From: Isurus oxyrinchus
Lineage: Eukaryota
Assembly: GCA_026770705.1 (NCBI GenBank)
Contig: JANJGN010000055.1
Coordinates: 2,790,001 to 2,854,000, forward strand
Reading direction: 5' to 3'
Length of the DNA stretch: 64,000 nt
Shown here: piece by piece, positions 27,534 through 38,639 of the stretch
Position numbering within the stretch: the first letter of the stretch is position 1
Layout of the letters: each line of letters begins with the position of its first letter
Notes under the pieces: model-generated
Told to the model about the DNA's origin: nothing
Database searches by the model: none
What the model saw: the letters and a program-made list of their open reading frames with translations, nothing else
Made by a program: the position numbers and the translations under genes

Positions 27534-27605
27534 TCCTCATTAGCATAGTGTTTTGTGCAACCTCCTGTCACGTGGGGGAGTGGGGTTGATTTTCTGCACG
27601 GGAAA
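27534..27605 (+). pseudogene. tRNA-Asp(GTC) pseudogene
   Basis: TCCTCATTAGCATAGTG…CCTGTCACGTGGG…GGGGTTGATT…ACGGGA, compared with tRNA-Asp TCCTCGTTAGTATAGTG…CCTGTCACGCGGG. Confidence 0.7.
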
Positions 27606-28551
27606 AATAATGTTATAATGAAAGACAAAACATGAACCTGTCTTCAAAATTTGAAATTGGATGAAGTATAGGACATTGTGAGTGCAAGTAAAGATTTCCT
27701 AACAGCAACAAGCACAATTAAGAAGAACAGTTTTCATCCAAATGGTCTGGATGTGAGACTCCGCTGAGAGGAAGGGTTCTTCACTACATTTGCCAGGTGA
27801 CATGTCTTAGCACAGAAGCCGGTTCTTTCATCTAAACTGAGCTGAGTCAGGATTTCTATCAAGTCAATGCATTTGTCGCTTGAATCCAGAACAGATTGTT
27901 GAAACAAGGTACTTTGTAACCGAAAGAAGCCGGCCATACTCGATTTAGTGATCAGTAACGATTCAACATTCATCAATAATGTGACATTAAACGCACATCT
28001 TGTACACTGCGACCAGAACATCAGAGGATCAATAAATCTTCACAGTGCAGAAGGAGGCAGTTCGGCCCATCGGCTTTGCACCGGTTCCCTGAAAGAGCTT
28101 TACACCTGGTCCCAATACAGTCAACCTCTGCTTCATTTAGGTAAATGTCAAGAATATTTTCGTGTTGAATGCAAACGGATAACAAAATTCATTGAAACGA
28201 ATTTTGGTTTATTGAGGAGCCTTTAAAGTATTGATTGTCTGCATTAAATCTCTTCCCTTGAGGCTTTTGCGCAGCGATACATAATATCCCTCTTTGTAAA
28301 AGGGTGTGCGACGGATTAATATCAAACAATGTGAAAAACTGGGATCTCGCATAGCTTGCACCGTTCCTCTATCTGGTCAAACCGGCTGGTTCATTCGGAA
28401 GGACTCGAGAGGCAGCAGCTCTTAAGCAGAACAGATTCGTACACTCCGAAGATAATTTTAATCTGATCATGCCTTTTTATATTTACATGTGTTACATCAA
28501 TGCTTCCTCTTAACTTTGAAATGCTCATGCCTCGGTGGATTTTAGGCCAAT

Positions 28552-28624
28552 AGCACAGGCGCAGGTAGAACTCAGGATCTACAGTAAATTAGGTAGGTAC
28601 TTTCACCTATAAAGCTACAGCGCC
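28552..28624 (-). pseudogene. tRNA-Thr-derived pseudogene
   Basis: GAACTCAGGATCT…AGGTAGGTACTTTCACC…AAGCTACAGCGCC. Confidence 0.5.
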
Positions 28625-28669
28625 AAGCTGAGAGCGCAGTATTGCAACATTTTGGTATGTTTTATTGAT

Positions 28670-29310
28670 TCATGGATGATGTCATTCTGGCTGGACAATC
28701 ATTTATTGTCCATTCCTAATTTCTCTTGAGGAGGTACAGGTGAATTGCATTCCTAAACCGCTGTAGTCAATGTGGTGTAGGTGCCTCCAAGGTGCTGTTA
28801 AGAAGGGAGTTCCAAGATTTTCACACTGCGACAGTGAAGGAACGGCGATATATTTCCCAGTCAGTGTGCCGAGTAATTTGAGGGGAACTTCCAGCTGGAG
28901 GTGTTCCCATCGACCTGCTGCCCTTGTCCTTCTAGACTTTAGTGGCAATGGATTTGGAAGTGGCTGTCAAGGGATTTTTGGGCAGTTCCTCAGGTCCATT
29001 TTTTATATTTTATACACTGTTGACACGATGTATCAGTGGTGAAGGGAATGAATGTTTGTGGACGGGGTGCCAATCAAGTGGGCTGCTTGTTCCTCGATGG
29101 TGTCAAACTTCTTGATTTTGTTGGAACTGTACTCATCCAGGCAAGTAGAAAGTGTCCGATCATACTCCTGGTTTGCGCCTTGTGGAAAGTCTTCTGGGAG
29201 TCAGGAGCTGAGGTTTTCAGCACAGGATTCCGAGCCTCTGACCTGCCTTGTCAACCAGGTATTTACATAGCTAGTCCAGTTCAGACCCTGATCAATGGTG
29301 ACCCCAAACA
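28670..29310 (-). mobile_element. Second LINE family 3' end, inserted into tRNA block 2
   Basis: Reverse complement of the GGGATGGGCAATAAATG-type tail. Confidence 0.7.
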
Positions 29311-30271
29311 TATTGTGTCCCACTGTAAATTCATTAGGAAATCTGCATCTGTTTCAGAACTATGTCACTGCAAATTGAGAATTATTTGGAAGGTTTGATT
29401 GAGGCAGAAGATCAGCCAAAACTATCTTGAATACTTGAGAAGCCGCAAAATACATTATACATCTGCTGCTTTTTCACATGTTTTCAGAAGAAGAGCCATA
29501 GTTTGACTGAAATTGGAGTGGAAGCATTGCAGATTCATCAGTGAGATACGGGGGTTCTGGTCGGTTATATTAGGAGTTCACGTTTCATAATCGTTGAAAT
29601 GGGATATTCATGGAATGGGTACAGCACGGACATATACAACACTGACAGATAAAACAAAGTATTGTTCTACTTCATTGAGATTAATGTCGAGAATAGTTTC
29701 CTTGTGGAAATGAAGCGGAGAACATGTCATTGAAATAATTGTGGTTGTGGGAGGTGCCGTTAAAGGCTTGGTTTTCATTGCAGATTTGGCAATCGTATTT
29801 GTGCTGGGTCACTGAAGGAACAGTTTGGCTAAATGCCTCTCCTCCGCCTTTTCCTCAGTCCGCTGCATATCCTTCTTTTTCAGGGCTTCTTCCGCTTTCT
29901 ATTCACTTCAATGTATAAGAGAGAAGGTTGACTTGATCGAGGTTTCCATTCTTTTAAAATTAATTATAGGGTTAAAGACAGGGAAACGGTTTTCACCGAG
30001 TGATAGCAATAGTGTTGAAACTTGACATGTTTTTGCGACTGATCCATACCGATAATGCCAGCCAACGGAATATTCAGAAAGCACTTATCACACTTAGGTT
30101 AGCAGCAAATTTAGAAACAATACTTAACAATGGTATGGAAATTTCGAGAATATTGAATTACTTGAAGTTTGAAGAACCACCTCCGGCACTTCCGCTCACT
30201 GTGAAGAAATCACCGTAAGTTGCTCGCTTTTCCTCCTTTTATGGGGAATGAGCTCTTTGAGCCAGAAGCAA

Positions 30272-30343
30272 CAGTTAGACAAGGACTAGAGCACTGGGCA
30301 GTCACTTTGACGGCCTGATGCTCTACCCCCTGAGTTGTATAGC
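30272..30343 (-). pseudogene. tRNA-Lys(TTT)-derived pseudogene
   Basis: ACAAGGACTAGAGCACTGG…CTGATGCTCTACCCCCTGAG, compared with Lys reverse complement ACAGGGACTTGAACCCTGG…CTGATGCTCTACCGACTGAG. Confidence 0.6.
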
Positions 30344-30867
30344 CCCAATGCCAGTCTTTTCACACCTGGCTTCACTACCTGACGAGAGGCATCACACTCT
30401 CCTCAGATTTTCCAGTTCATTGCTAATTCACCCTCTACAGCACATTTATCTCACAGACAGACTGGCAGCCTCCCTTTGGCTTCATTTCGCAAATCTTCTA
30501 ATTTGCACCAACTACTCATTCTGTGCCATTGGCTTGTGATGCCACAACAGTTGTTACCCAGGCATCGACATAGGTTATATTTATTATGGGAGGATAATAA
30601 TTGGCAGAAATTGGCAGATATAAAGTTAAAAGAAGTGGATTTTGCGACCGGGTAAGGGATTGCATGTGGTGTTTGTGTGGTAAAGTGTGATACCATCCCC
30701 TTTCATGCAAGAAGGCTCATTCGGATTAATGTTCTAAATTGTGTGAATCACAAAGTGTAAGGGTGAAAATACAGGATTTCCGGCCTAAAGTCACCATTAA
30801 TAAGTTCTGACATTTATCACTCCTCACTCTTTCTTGTGTAACTTGCAGAAACATAAATTAATGATTG

Positions 30868-30970
30868 CCTTGAAGAAGAGGCATATATTCTCGAAAAGTT
30901 AACGCTGTTTTCCTCTCCACAGATACTGTCAGTTCTGCTAAGTTTTCCCAGCATTTTCTGATTTTATTCC
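30868..30970 (+). mobile_element. Penelope-type terminal repeat/SINE tail
   Basis: TGAAGAAGAGGCATATATTCTCGAAAAGTTAACGCTG…CTCTCCACAGATACTG; similar decayed copies at about 3840-4180, 20990-21100, 24290-24480 and 51380-51720. Confidence 0.6.
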
Positions 30971-31149
30971 AATGATTCGCTTCCTTTATTTCAGTTATCC
31001 CTGGCAACAATTCAATGCCCTTCCTCATGTGTTAACCTACAAAGGTAACAGCGATCCAATCGGGCTGCATTCTGGTGGCACAAAATTCGAAATGCATCTG
31101 ATGGCTTTGGTTGTGTTGAGTTAAAACCACACATTGAATACACTGAGAG

Positions 31150-31221
31150 AAACATCGCTAAGATTTGAGCTTACAATCACCAGCTTATTAAACAGGCATT
31201 TTAACCACTAAGCCAGGCAAC
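31150..31221 (-). pseudogene. tRNA-Thr-derived pseudogene
   Basis: CATCGCTAAGATTTGAGC…ACAGGCATTTTAACCACTAAGCCA. Confidence 0.55.
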
Positions 31222-31689
31222 AAATGCCGGTGCGCATGCTTAATGCAAAGCTTTGGATTGTATCCCGCTATTTTGCTCTAAAAATCATTGGGAATTGTTC
31301 ATCTCTTATGGGGCTGTATGACAGTGCGAATTGAGAACTTTGATTAAAAGCACTGATATGAATCCTGAAGACATCAACGGGATTGAGCAGATGGATTTGT
31401 ATCGATCGGATCACTCTTCTTTTATAAAGCCACATGCATGTTTTGCCTAATGATTTCGGTCTGATTTGAACGAACTGATGCGTTACTCACTCCCAGCTCC
31501 TTTAATTTACTTCCATGGACATCTTTCATCTGTAGAATTACTCTCAACTCCTTGTAAATACTTGCAGGGTCTGTGCAAGCACTGGATGAACTAGGTGGTC
31601 GCCTGAGCCGACAACATTTGGGGAGCAGCAAAAAACTGCAGAATTTCTAATCTTAAAACTGTCATGTACGGTGAAGGTAAAACAGTTGA

Positions 31690-32600
31690 ACAATGTTCCG
31701 CACCATTGGCATTTATTCGCCTCATAGACAGGATTTGAGGAGTCAGGAATTACTCATCTGCACTATTCATTGCCACTAACCTGCTCTTGTAGCCACAGTA
31801 ATTCTAAAGCTGTTCCTGCTCAGTTCCTGGACAATGGTGAACTCGAGGATGTTGATAGTGGGAGTTTCAGTGATGTTAATGACATTGAACATCAAGGAAA
31901 GATGACTGTATTTTCTTTCGTTGGTGATGACCGTTGCCTGACACTTGCGTGGCGTGAATGTTACTTGCCACCTGTCAGCCCAAGCCTGGATATTGTCCGG
32001 CCTGCTGATTTTGGACATAGATTGCTTCTGTTTCTGAGGACAGATTGGTGCTGAAAATTGTTCAATCATCAGCGAATATCCACACTTCTGAACTAATGAT
32101 GGAAGGCAGGTCATTAATGGAGCAGCTGAAGATGGTTGGTTCGAGGACCCAACACTGAGGAACTCCAATAGTGATGCCCTGGAGTTGAAATGTCTGACCT
32201 CCGAGAACCACAATCATCTACCTTTGTGCTAGGTTTGACTCCAACCAGTGGAGAGTTTTACCCTGATTCCCATCGACTCTGGTTTTGCAAGGGCTTGTTG
32301 ATGCCAAACTCTGCCAAATTCTGCCTCGATGTCAAGTGCAGTCACTCTCACCTCACCTCGAGATACAGCTCTTTTGTCCATCTTCAAAGCACGTCTGTAA
32401 TGACGTCAGGAGCCGAGTGGCTCTGGTAGAATCCAAACATGGCGCCGTTGAGCAGGTTAGTATGAAACATGTGCCGCTTGATAGCACTGTTAATGACCCC
32501 TTCCATTACTTCACTGATGATGGAAAGTAAACGGATGGGATGACCATTGACAGAGTTCAATTTTTCCTGCTTTTTGTGTGCAGGACATAACTGGACAAGT
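31690..32600 (-). mobile_element. Second LINE family RT fragment
   Basis: DNIQAWADRWQVTFTPRKCQA and adjacent RT motifs. Confidence 0.75.
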
Positions 32601-34691
32601 TAAAGAACACATGTTATTACCCAATAAATCGAGCAGGTAGATGTTAAGGACTCAGAAATTTCGCTTAGTAAATGCTCGGAATACAGCAAAGTGAATAATA
32701 GGAGTCTGTTAGAAGCGGCTGAGATCAAGGTGGTTTTAAATGGAATTACATTGTTCAACACAAGTGGCGATTTGCTGACGCAGTCGCAAGTTTCCTCATT
32801 AGAAATTAGGTTATTGGAGAATTAAGGACGATTTCCGAGGCCCCGACAGTTGGTGAATAAACCTTGCTTGAAATAAGGAGATGAAACGAATTAATGTATG
32901 AGTGCTGGGCAAAGGAGCAGCAATGTAAAGGGGAGCAATATTGGCCTAAATTATGTGTTATCGTGAGCTAATCTGCTCGAGTTCCTGAAGCACAATTCCC
33001 TATCGAGCAGAGGAAATGCAATTGGAATGATCTAGTCAGATTTTAACGAAACAGCGGACAAGTTTTCATGTCAACAAATGGAGTAAAATTATGTGATGGT
33101 GAGAATTCTGGATTTTCACAGAGTTAAAAGCAAAATTAAAGCTGGCTATTGACTAATGAAAACCTGTAAAACATGGGAGAGCCACTGGACTGTTACGTGG
33201 TATCAGCTCATAATTAATATTTTGTTTCACAGAATTTTAACAGGGATCAGGCTATCCTGGGAACATAAAATGGAAATAATGATACCAGGGTAATACTAAT
33301 AAGAACATATTACTGGGGCTAGTTATGTCGACTCATTCTATGTTTCCACATAATTGTATTACAGCAAATGGAAGCAATCGAACCTGTCCTTCTCTCTCCG
33401 GAGATATTTAAATTCCCTGCTTCGGATGTTTATCTGATATCCTTAGCATTTCTCCGAGTAAAATATTCCACACTGTCACAGCCGTTCACATAAAGAACTT
33501 TCTGCTAATCTGCCTGCTCACTCTCTTTGTGGCCATGTTAAACCGATCGCCATTGATCACTGACTAGCCTACCAGGCAGTATACTATCTCCCCCTTCATT
33601 CAGCCAAACTACTCATAATGTTTTAAACCTTTATTAGCTGTGCTGTTGGACATATAATGAAGTTTTATAATTGCAAACTTGTTTTTTTTTGGAATTGAGT
33701 ATTTTGCTTCGTCATACTATCCTTAGATCTACACCCCGCTGTTGTTCCCTTGAGAACTTATTCACATTTCTTGTAATTCCTGTTGAAATGAAGCGAATTG
33801 GCCAATGAAGAATATGTAACTGATTCAAAGTTGCTGCTCCTTGTTCTGTTACTGTTTGGAACAATGTGCAACTGCACAATAAGTCAATAATTACAAACAA
33901 TAAATTCTACCGTTTGCAGAATTTCAGCCAGCTACAGAATTCAAAATAAAACTTCATTTTTTTCTGAATTTTTTACAGTTTTCCTTTTGCAGATACATTA
34001 CATCAAATTTCAGAGTTAATGAATTTCTGATTTTTTTTCATTCTTCTGTTATTTGGTTTGGAAGACGGCTTATAGCAGCATATGGATAACATTACAGATG
34101 ATACTTGCATCCTTAGCACAAAACAAGAGCAAATTATGCCTTTTTTATTCGTGAGAGACATCAGTCAGATTACAGTGGAGATTATGGATAAGTACCTGGG
34201 ATAAAAGTACGTGGACTTCGGGCTGTTTTCTCCATTCAAACAATTATTACGTTATCAGGATTGACAATGAGGATGGTATCCAGTAATTGAACTGTCACAT
34301 ATAACGATTACAGCAATCCAACATCAGCGATCACACAATGTCTCATTCATTTTGATCTGGACTGATATATTCTGGCTGATTCTTAAAATGACAGTGATTG
34401 CTGCATCTACAGGGTAAGGACGATTTCCCTGGTGCTCATATCTCTGACCCCACTGCTGATCTGCAGCATTGTCCTCATTCATTCGTGAACTGAGGTGTGG
34501 TAAATTTGCTGGAATAGCTTTTTCTAACCCAACCAATGAAGGATAAGAACAAACGTAACACAGACCATTAAACATTTGCTGCAAAATGGAGAAAATGAAC
34601 TCACAGGAATTCTCGCCTTTCCCCACAACTCCCCCCACCCCCAGGTCGGCAGGAAAAAGTGCTTCCCACGTTAGCTTGACTCATTTTGTCT

Positions 34692-35596
34692 TCATTTCCT
34701 AACTAATCTCAGTATTAGTGCGCAGGGAGATTTTACCACACTCTTCAACTCTTCTCTAAACTTCCTCTGGGTCACTACATAAATACATGGATTTTGGAAA
34801 CAACTTAAAAACTTCAGGAAAGCTCCAGTTTCGGTGGCGATGTATGCAGCGTCTGTGATATCACCTTGATAATAAGCGGTGTTTGTCAGCCTGGTAGTTA
34901 CAAAGCTCACAGCAGCTGTCAACCATAACAGTATAAAAGTGCCCGATGTAGAGAAGAGTAGAACAATGGATTTCCTCCGAGCCTTCATCTCTGTATCCTT
35001 GTGATCCTCACTTCTTTGGCCTTGTATCCTCCTGCGGGCTCGATTGGCAATTAAAATGCGCCGCATGGTTAAAGAATTAAACAAAATAATTAGAATGAAA
35101 GGAAGCCAAACAACCCAGGCACTGTGAAGCCAGACGGACACCATGCCATGTGTTGAGTTAAAAAAAGCCACACTTGACTGGCAGCCCCATTGCACCTTGT
35201 TAATTATTTGATGATTTTCATATGCGAACAGAAAGGGAATGTCCTTGGAAAAGCTCAATAGAGAGAACAATGTCATAACCACGGCCGCAGTTTGCTTGGT
35301 GCAATATCTTTTGTTAAAGCGCCGACAGCAGAGAGACACAAAACGATCACATGTGAAAAGCACAGTGAACCAAACAGAGAGGTCAAAAGTTACGATAGTC
35401 ATGTAGAGAATAGACTTGCAGATGGGAGTGTGGGAGAGGAATGAAAGTGGAAAGCGATAGCTGAAAATATGATAGACTATTACATTGATGATCATGACCA
35501 GTAGATCTGCTGTTGCCATGGCCATCATGTAGACAGTGATACATTTGGAAAGGCCACAGTTTCCTCGGGACAGGATCACAATTGTCAGCAGGTTTG
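34692..35596 (-). CDS. GPR139/GPR142-like GPCR gene 2, coding exon 2 (about 324 aa spliced product)
   Basis: Acceptor TCTCTTCCTTACAG, then ANLLTIVILSRGNCGLSKC...AMATADLLV...CDRFVSLC...NPCIY...KFREELK. Close paralog of gene 1 with an intact frame. Confidence 0.93.
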
Positions 35597-36019
35597 CTGT
35601 AAGGAAGAGAAGATACTAGTAATGTTGCAGTGCCCGAATTTAGTAGATATGGTCATGCACGCACATTTCAATGCATTCATGCTTTCTTGGTTGAATTATC
35701 CTCCAGAACATTGTGAGAATAGGAATAAAATTGGAATTATTAGGTGGGAAACTGGTTCACATTTAGATGAGCTGCTCTAGAGCGCACACCACAAAGGATG
35801 GAATGCGATCATGAATAGCCTTCACTTGGATATTCAAATAACATTGAATCATCAATAAGGTCTTTGGATTAAGGGAAAAAAGACCCGTTGCCCAAGAGTT
35901 TTCAGTAATTACTGACTTAGTAATGCTTACATCAGGGAAGCATTTGTCCTGTTAACCTTGTGGTATGAGAAAAAAGCAAATAGACATCTATCGAAAACAA
36001 ATGGTTTGTAATGGCTTAC

Positions 36020-36089
36020 CGGGGACAGCAATGGCTGTGAGAATTGGGTAGTAAAGCTCTTTGATCAGCGGAATTGTTGGTCGCCCCAT
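36020..36089 (-). CDS. GPR139/GPR142-like GPCR gene 2, coding exon 1
   Basis: MGRPTIPLIKELYYPILTAIAVP followed by donor G|GTAAGC; 70 nt, same phase as gene 1. An in-frame ATG also lies at 36095. Confidence 0.88.
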
Positions 36090-36159
36090 TTCCATCAAGA
36101 ATGGCTGAATTCTATAGCAGCTAAAAGTCTCGGGAATATGATTGTGATAATAAAAGAGA

Positions 36160-36210
36160 ATCTATATTTATACACGCACAGTACTCCAGGGAATCCATCA
36201 GATTGGATCA
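36160..36210 (-). promoter_or_regulatory. Proximal promoter of GPCR gene 2 (TATAAATA, CCAAT)
   Basis: TATAAATA at 36172-36165 and CCAAT at 36206-36202 on the minus strand, about 80-115 nt upstream of the ATG. Confidence 0.55.
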
Positions 36211-37494
36211 TAATCAGCATTTGTGACAGTCATTAAACAAATATGTTTTGCAGTTCACTCAGCGGGGCCCACGTGCTGTGGAAACTTGCATTGTTTTTTC
36301 ATACATGATGTATTTTGGTCTTGACAGTGATAGTAGATGTTATGAATATCTTTCTTTCAAACAACTGTGAAAGATCTCTTTCACTGTTACTGTTTGTTAA
36401 CTGTGTGTCTGTTGAAAAAGTTTATGGGCTGATGATCAACCTATTTGGCAACGGCATGAGCACACCTTCCGTGGCCATCAATTCTTGAAATATGACTTGA
36501 ACACACAACTCCTGACCTAGAGGCCGGGGTGCTACACATTGCCCACAAGACCTTGTTTGCTAATGGAGCCTGGTAAATTGTTTTTTTTTTCCCGTTACAT
36601 CAGATTAAGAGGAAACGCTGACAACAAAATTAGACAATTTAAACAAGTAGAATTAAAGCATTGTCTGCAAGTCGAAAGGGAAATGTGCCAATGCTCGATC
36701 TTACCATATACATATAGGATTTGTTCAGATAGTTTCCCAGCTGTTAATCGTCCTGCCCTCGTCCCTTCACTCAGTTCTAGTGCCTCAACGCTTTCAGGCC
36801 AAGAAGGGAAATATACATGTGATGGCCCCAGAACGGTTGCAGTGGAACTGATTGTATTCCTTTATTCTGAGTGCGATCGCTACCTTTACACTAAAGGTGA
36901 ATACATTCCTTCTGTCATGGTGACCGTATTCACCTGTTGTTAGCTGTTACCCTTCCAGTGGATGTGATCGTGCTCCTCTATACTCATAATGCCCGTAAAT
37001 ATGAACTAACATGACCGTTAACCTCTGTTACTAGGATAGTCTACATGTACACCAGCGGTGAATACGCTCTTCCTCTCTGATAACTCTTCCAATTATTTTT
37101 GAATGCTGTACACTACTATCGATGATGACTTTTGCGAACTGCTCATTCAATTTCTGTAGTAATAGCAAAGCTACTTCTGCTTTTGCATGTTCTTATTGCT
37201 GGATGATCAGTGCTGAATCTTGTTTTGCAAATGCCTTCATGAACATTTCTGAAAGTGCATTTGTGATACTGTTCCAGACACTGTTGCTGAATCTCACACG
37301 AGGATTATTCCAAACTCCACAATGGCAACTAATGTACTATATTGTAAAGAGTCCAATAATTAATCTGCCCAAAAATTGTAAACAGCACCACGAAACAAAG
37401 CTGACTGAGAATTTAATGAACTATTTATTTTCCTTTTAATGCCCAGTGATGAATGACTCCCTAAGCAAAAATACATTTTGCGTATTTTTTCCAT

Positions 37495-37920
37495 TCCATT
37501 GAATTCGCTGGAAATGACAATGGAGACATTTCACAAACAGGTGGTCGATGTGAAGAACCAATTATACAGCTTCTGGCTTGACCTCTGTAATTTCGTAATG
37601 TGCTGACTGGAACATTCTTCACAACCCCTGGGCACACCCCCTCGCCACACCTAGCAGCACTCTGCATTCTTCACCACGAAGCGATTGTGATTGGCAGTAA
37701 GTTATTCATTCATGGGTGTGGAACATGGGTTTATCTAGTTCCAAACATGTACACATGGAATTCAAAATCAGGAACCACATTATCACTTTCAGCAAGCATG
37801 TTGTTTGATCAGTTGACTGGTAGAACTGAGGATATTAAGAAGCAACCACTTATATTGTGCCCAGCTAAGTCAACTCACTGCAAGGTCAAATTGCCTTCGG
37901 CGAGGTTGACGATTCACTAG
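37495..37920 (+). pseudogene. RABEPK: RABEPK-like kelch-repeat processed-pseudogene fragment
   Basis: ETFHKQVVDVKNQLYSF, PGHTPSPH...HHEAIVIGSKLFIHGCG and LPSARL occur in the same order as remembered RABEPK RTFHTSSAAIGNQLYVF, LGNPPSPRHGH...GTKLFIHGG and LPPGRL. Deleted and frameshifted. Confidence 0.55.
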
Positions 37921-38639
37921 AGAGCAACAACCTAATGTGATTTAAGAGCTTGCATAGTCAATGGAAGGGCAATGCACACAGTTCGGTCACAATGGGGTAG
38001 ATTTTGGCCTTCAGTTTTCTGCAATAAACATCGTCATGGGGAAGCACAGAAATAACATTCTGGTGGCGACGCTGGTGCAAGACTAAGAGCACTCTCTAAC
38101 CTTACTTCTTTTAAAGGGAGGCGAATCTGTTGAACTTATTCTTATTTTTCCAGCTTTCTTTAGCACTTTACCCTCTGCACAAGAAAGGCTGAGCGCTGGG
38201 GAGCAAATTGCATTGTACTCTAAACAAAAATCGTGGTGTGAAAACTAACAGTACTGAAACACTTGTTTGTAACGTTGTCAACTAAATATCAGTGCAACAG
38301 ACCAATGAGATGAAAAAATGCGATGATCAGAATCTTTCTCTTTAACTTTTTGACATTGGAGGAGAGCCACTTGAAATGGAAGCTACAGGGGCCCCTATTG
38401 TTTCTCCACTTGAACATTGGAGTAACCAGTGCGTGTATTAGTCCTGGGAAATTTAGAGGGTGGTGGGGTGGTGTGCTTGAGTCCATTACAGTCGGAGATC
38501 ATCTAGTTTACACTGACAATAGCACGACTTATTTCTGAATAATTATGGATAGAAATCACTTGGTATCAAGTTAAAAATCCTTAACTGTTGAAAGACAAAC
38601 TTCACTGCCATAAGAAAAGAGATGTTACAGGATGCTTGG

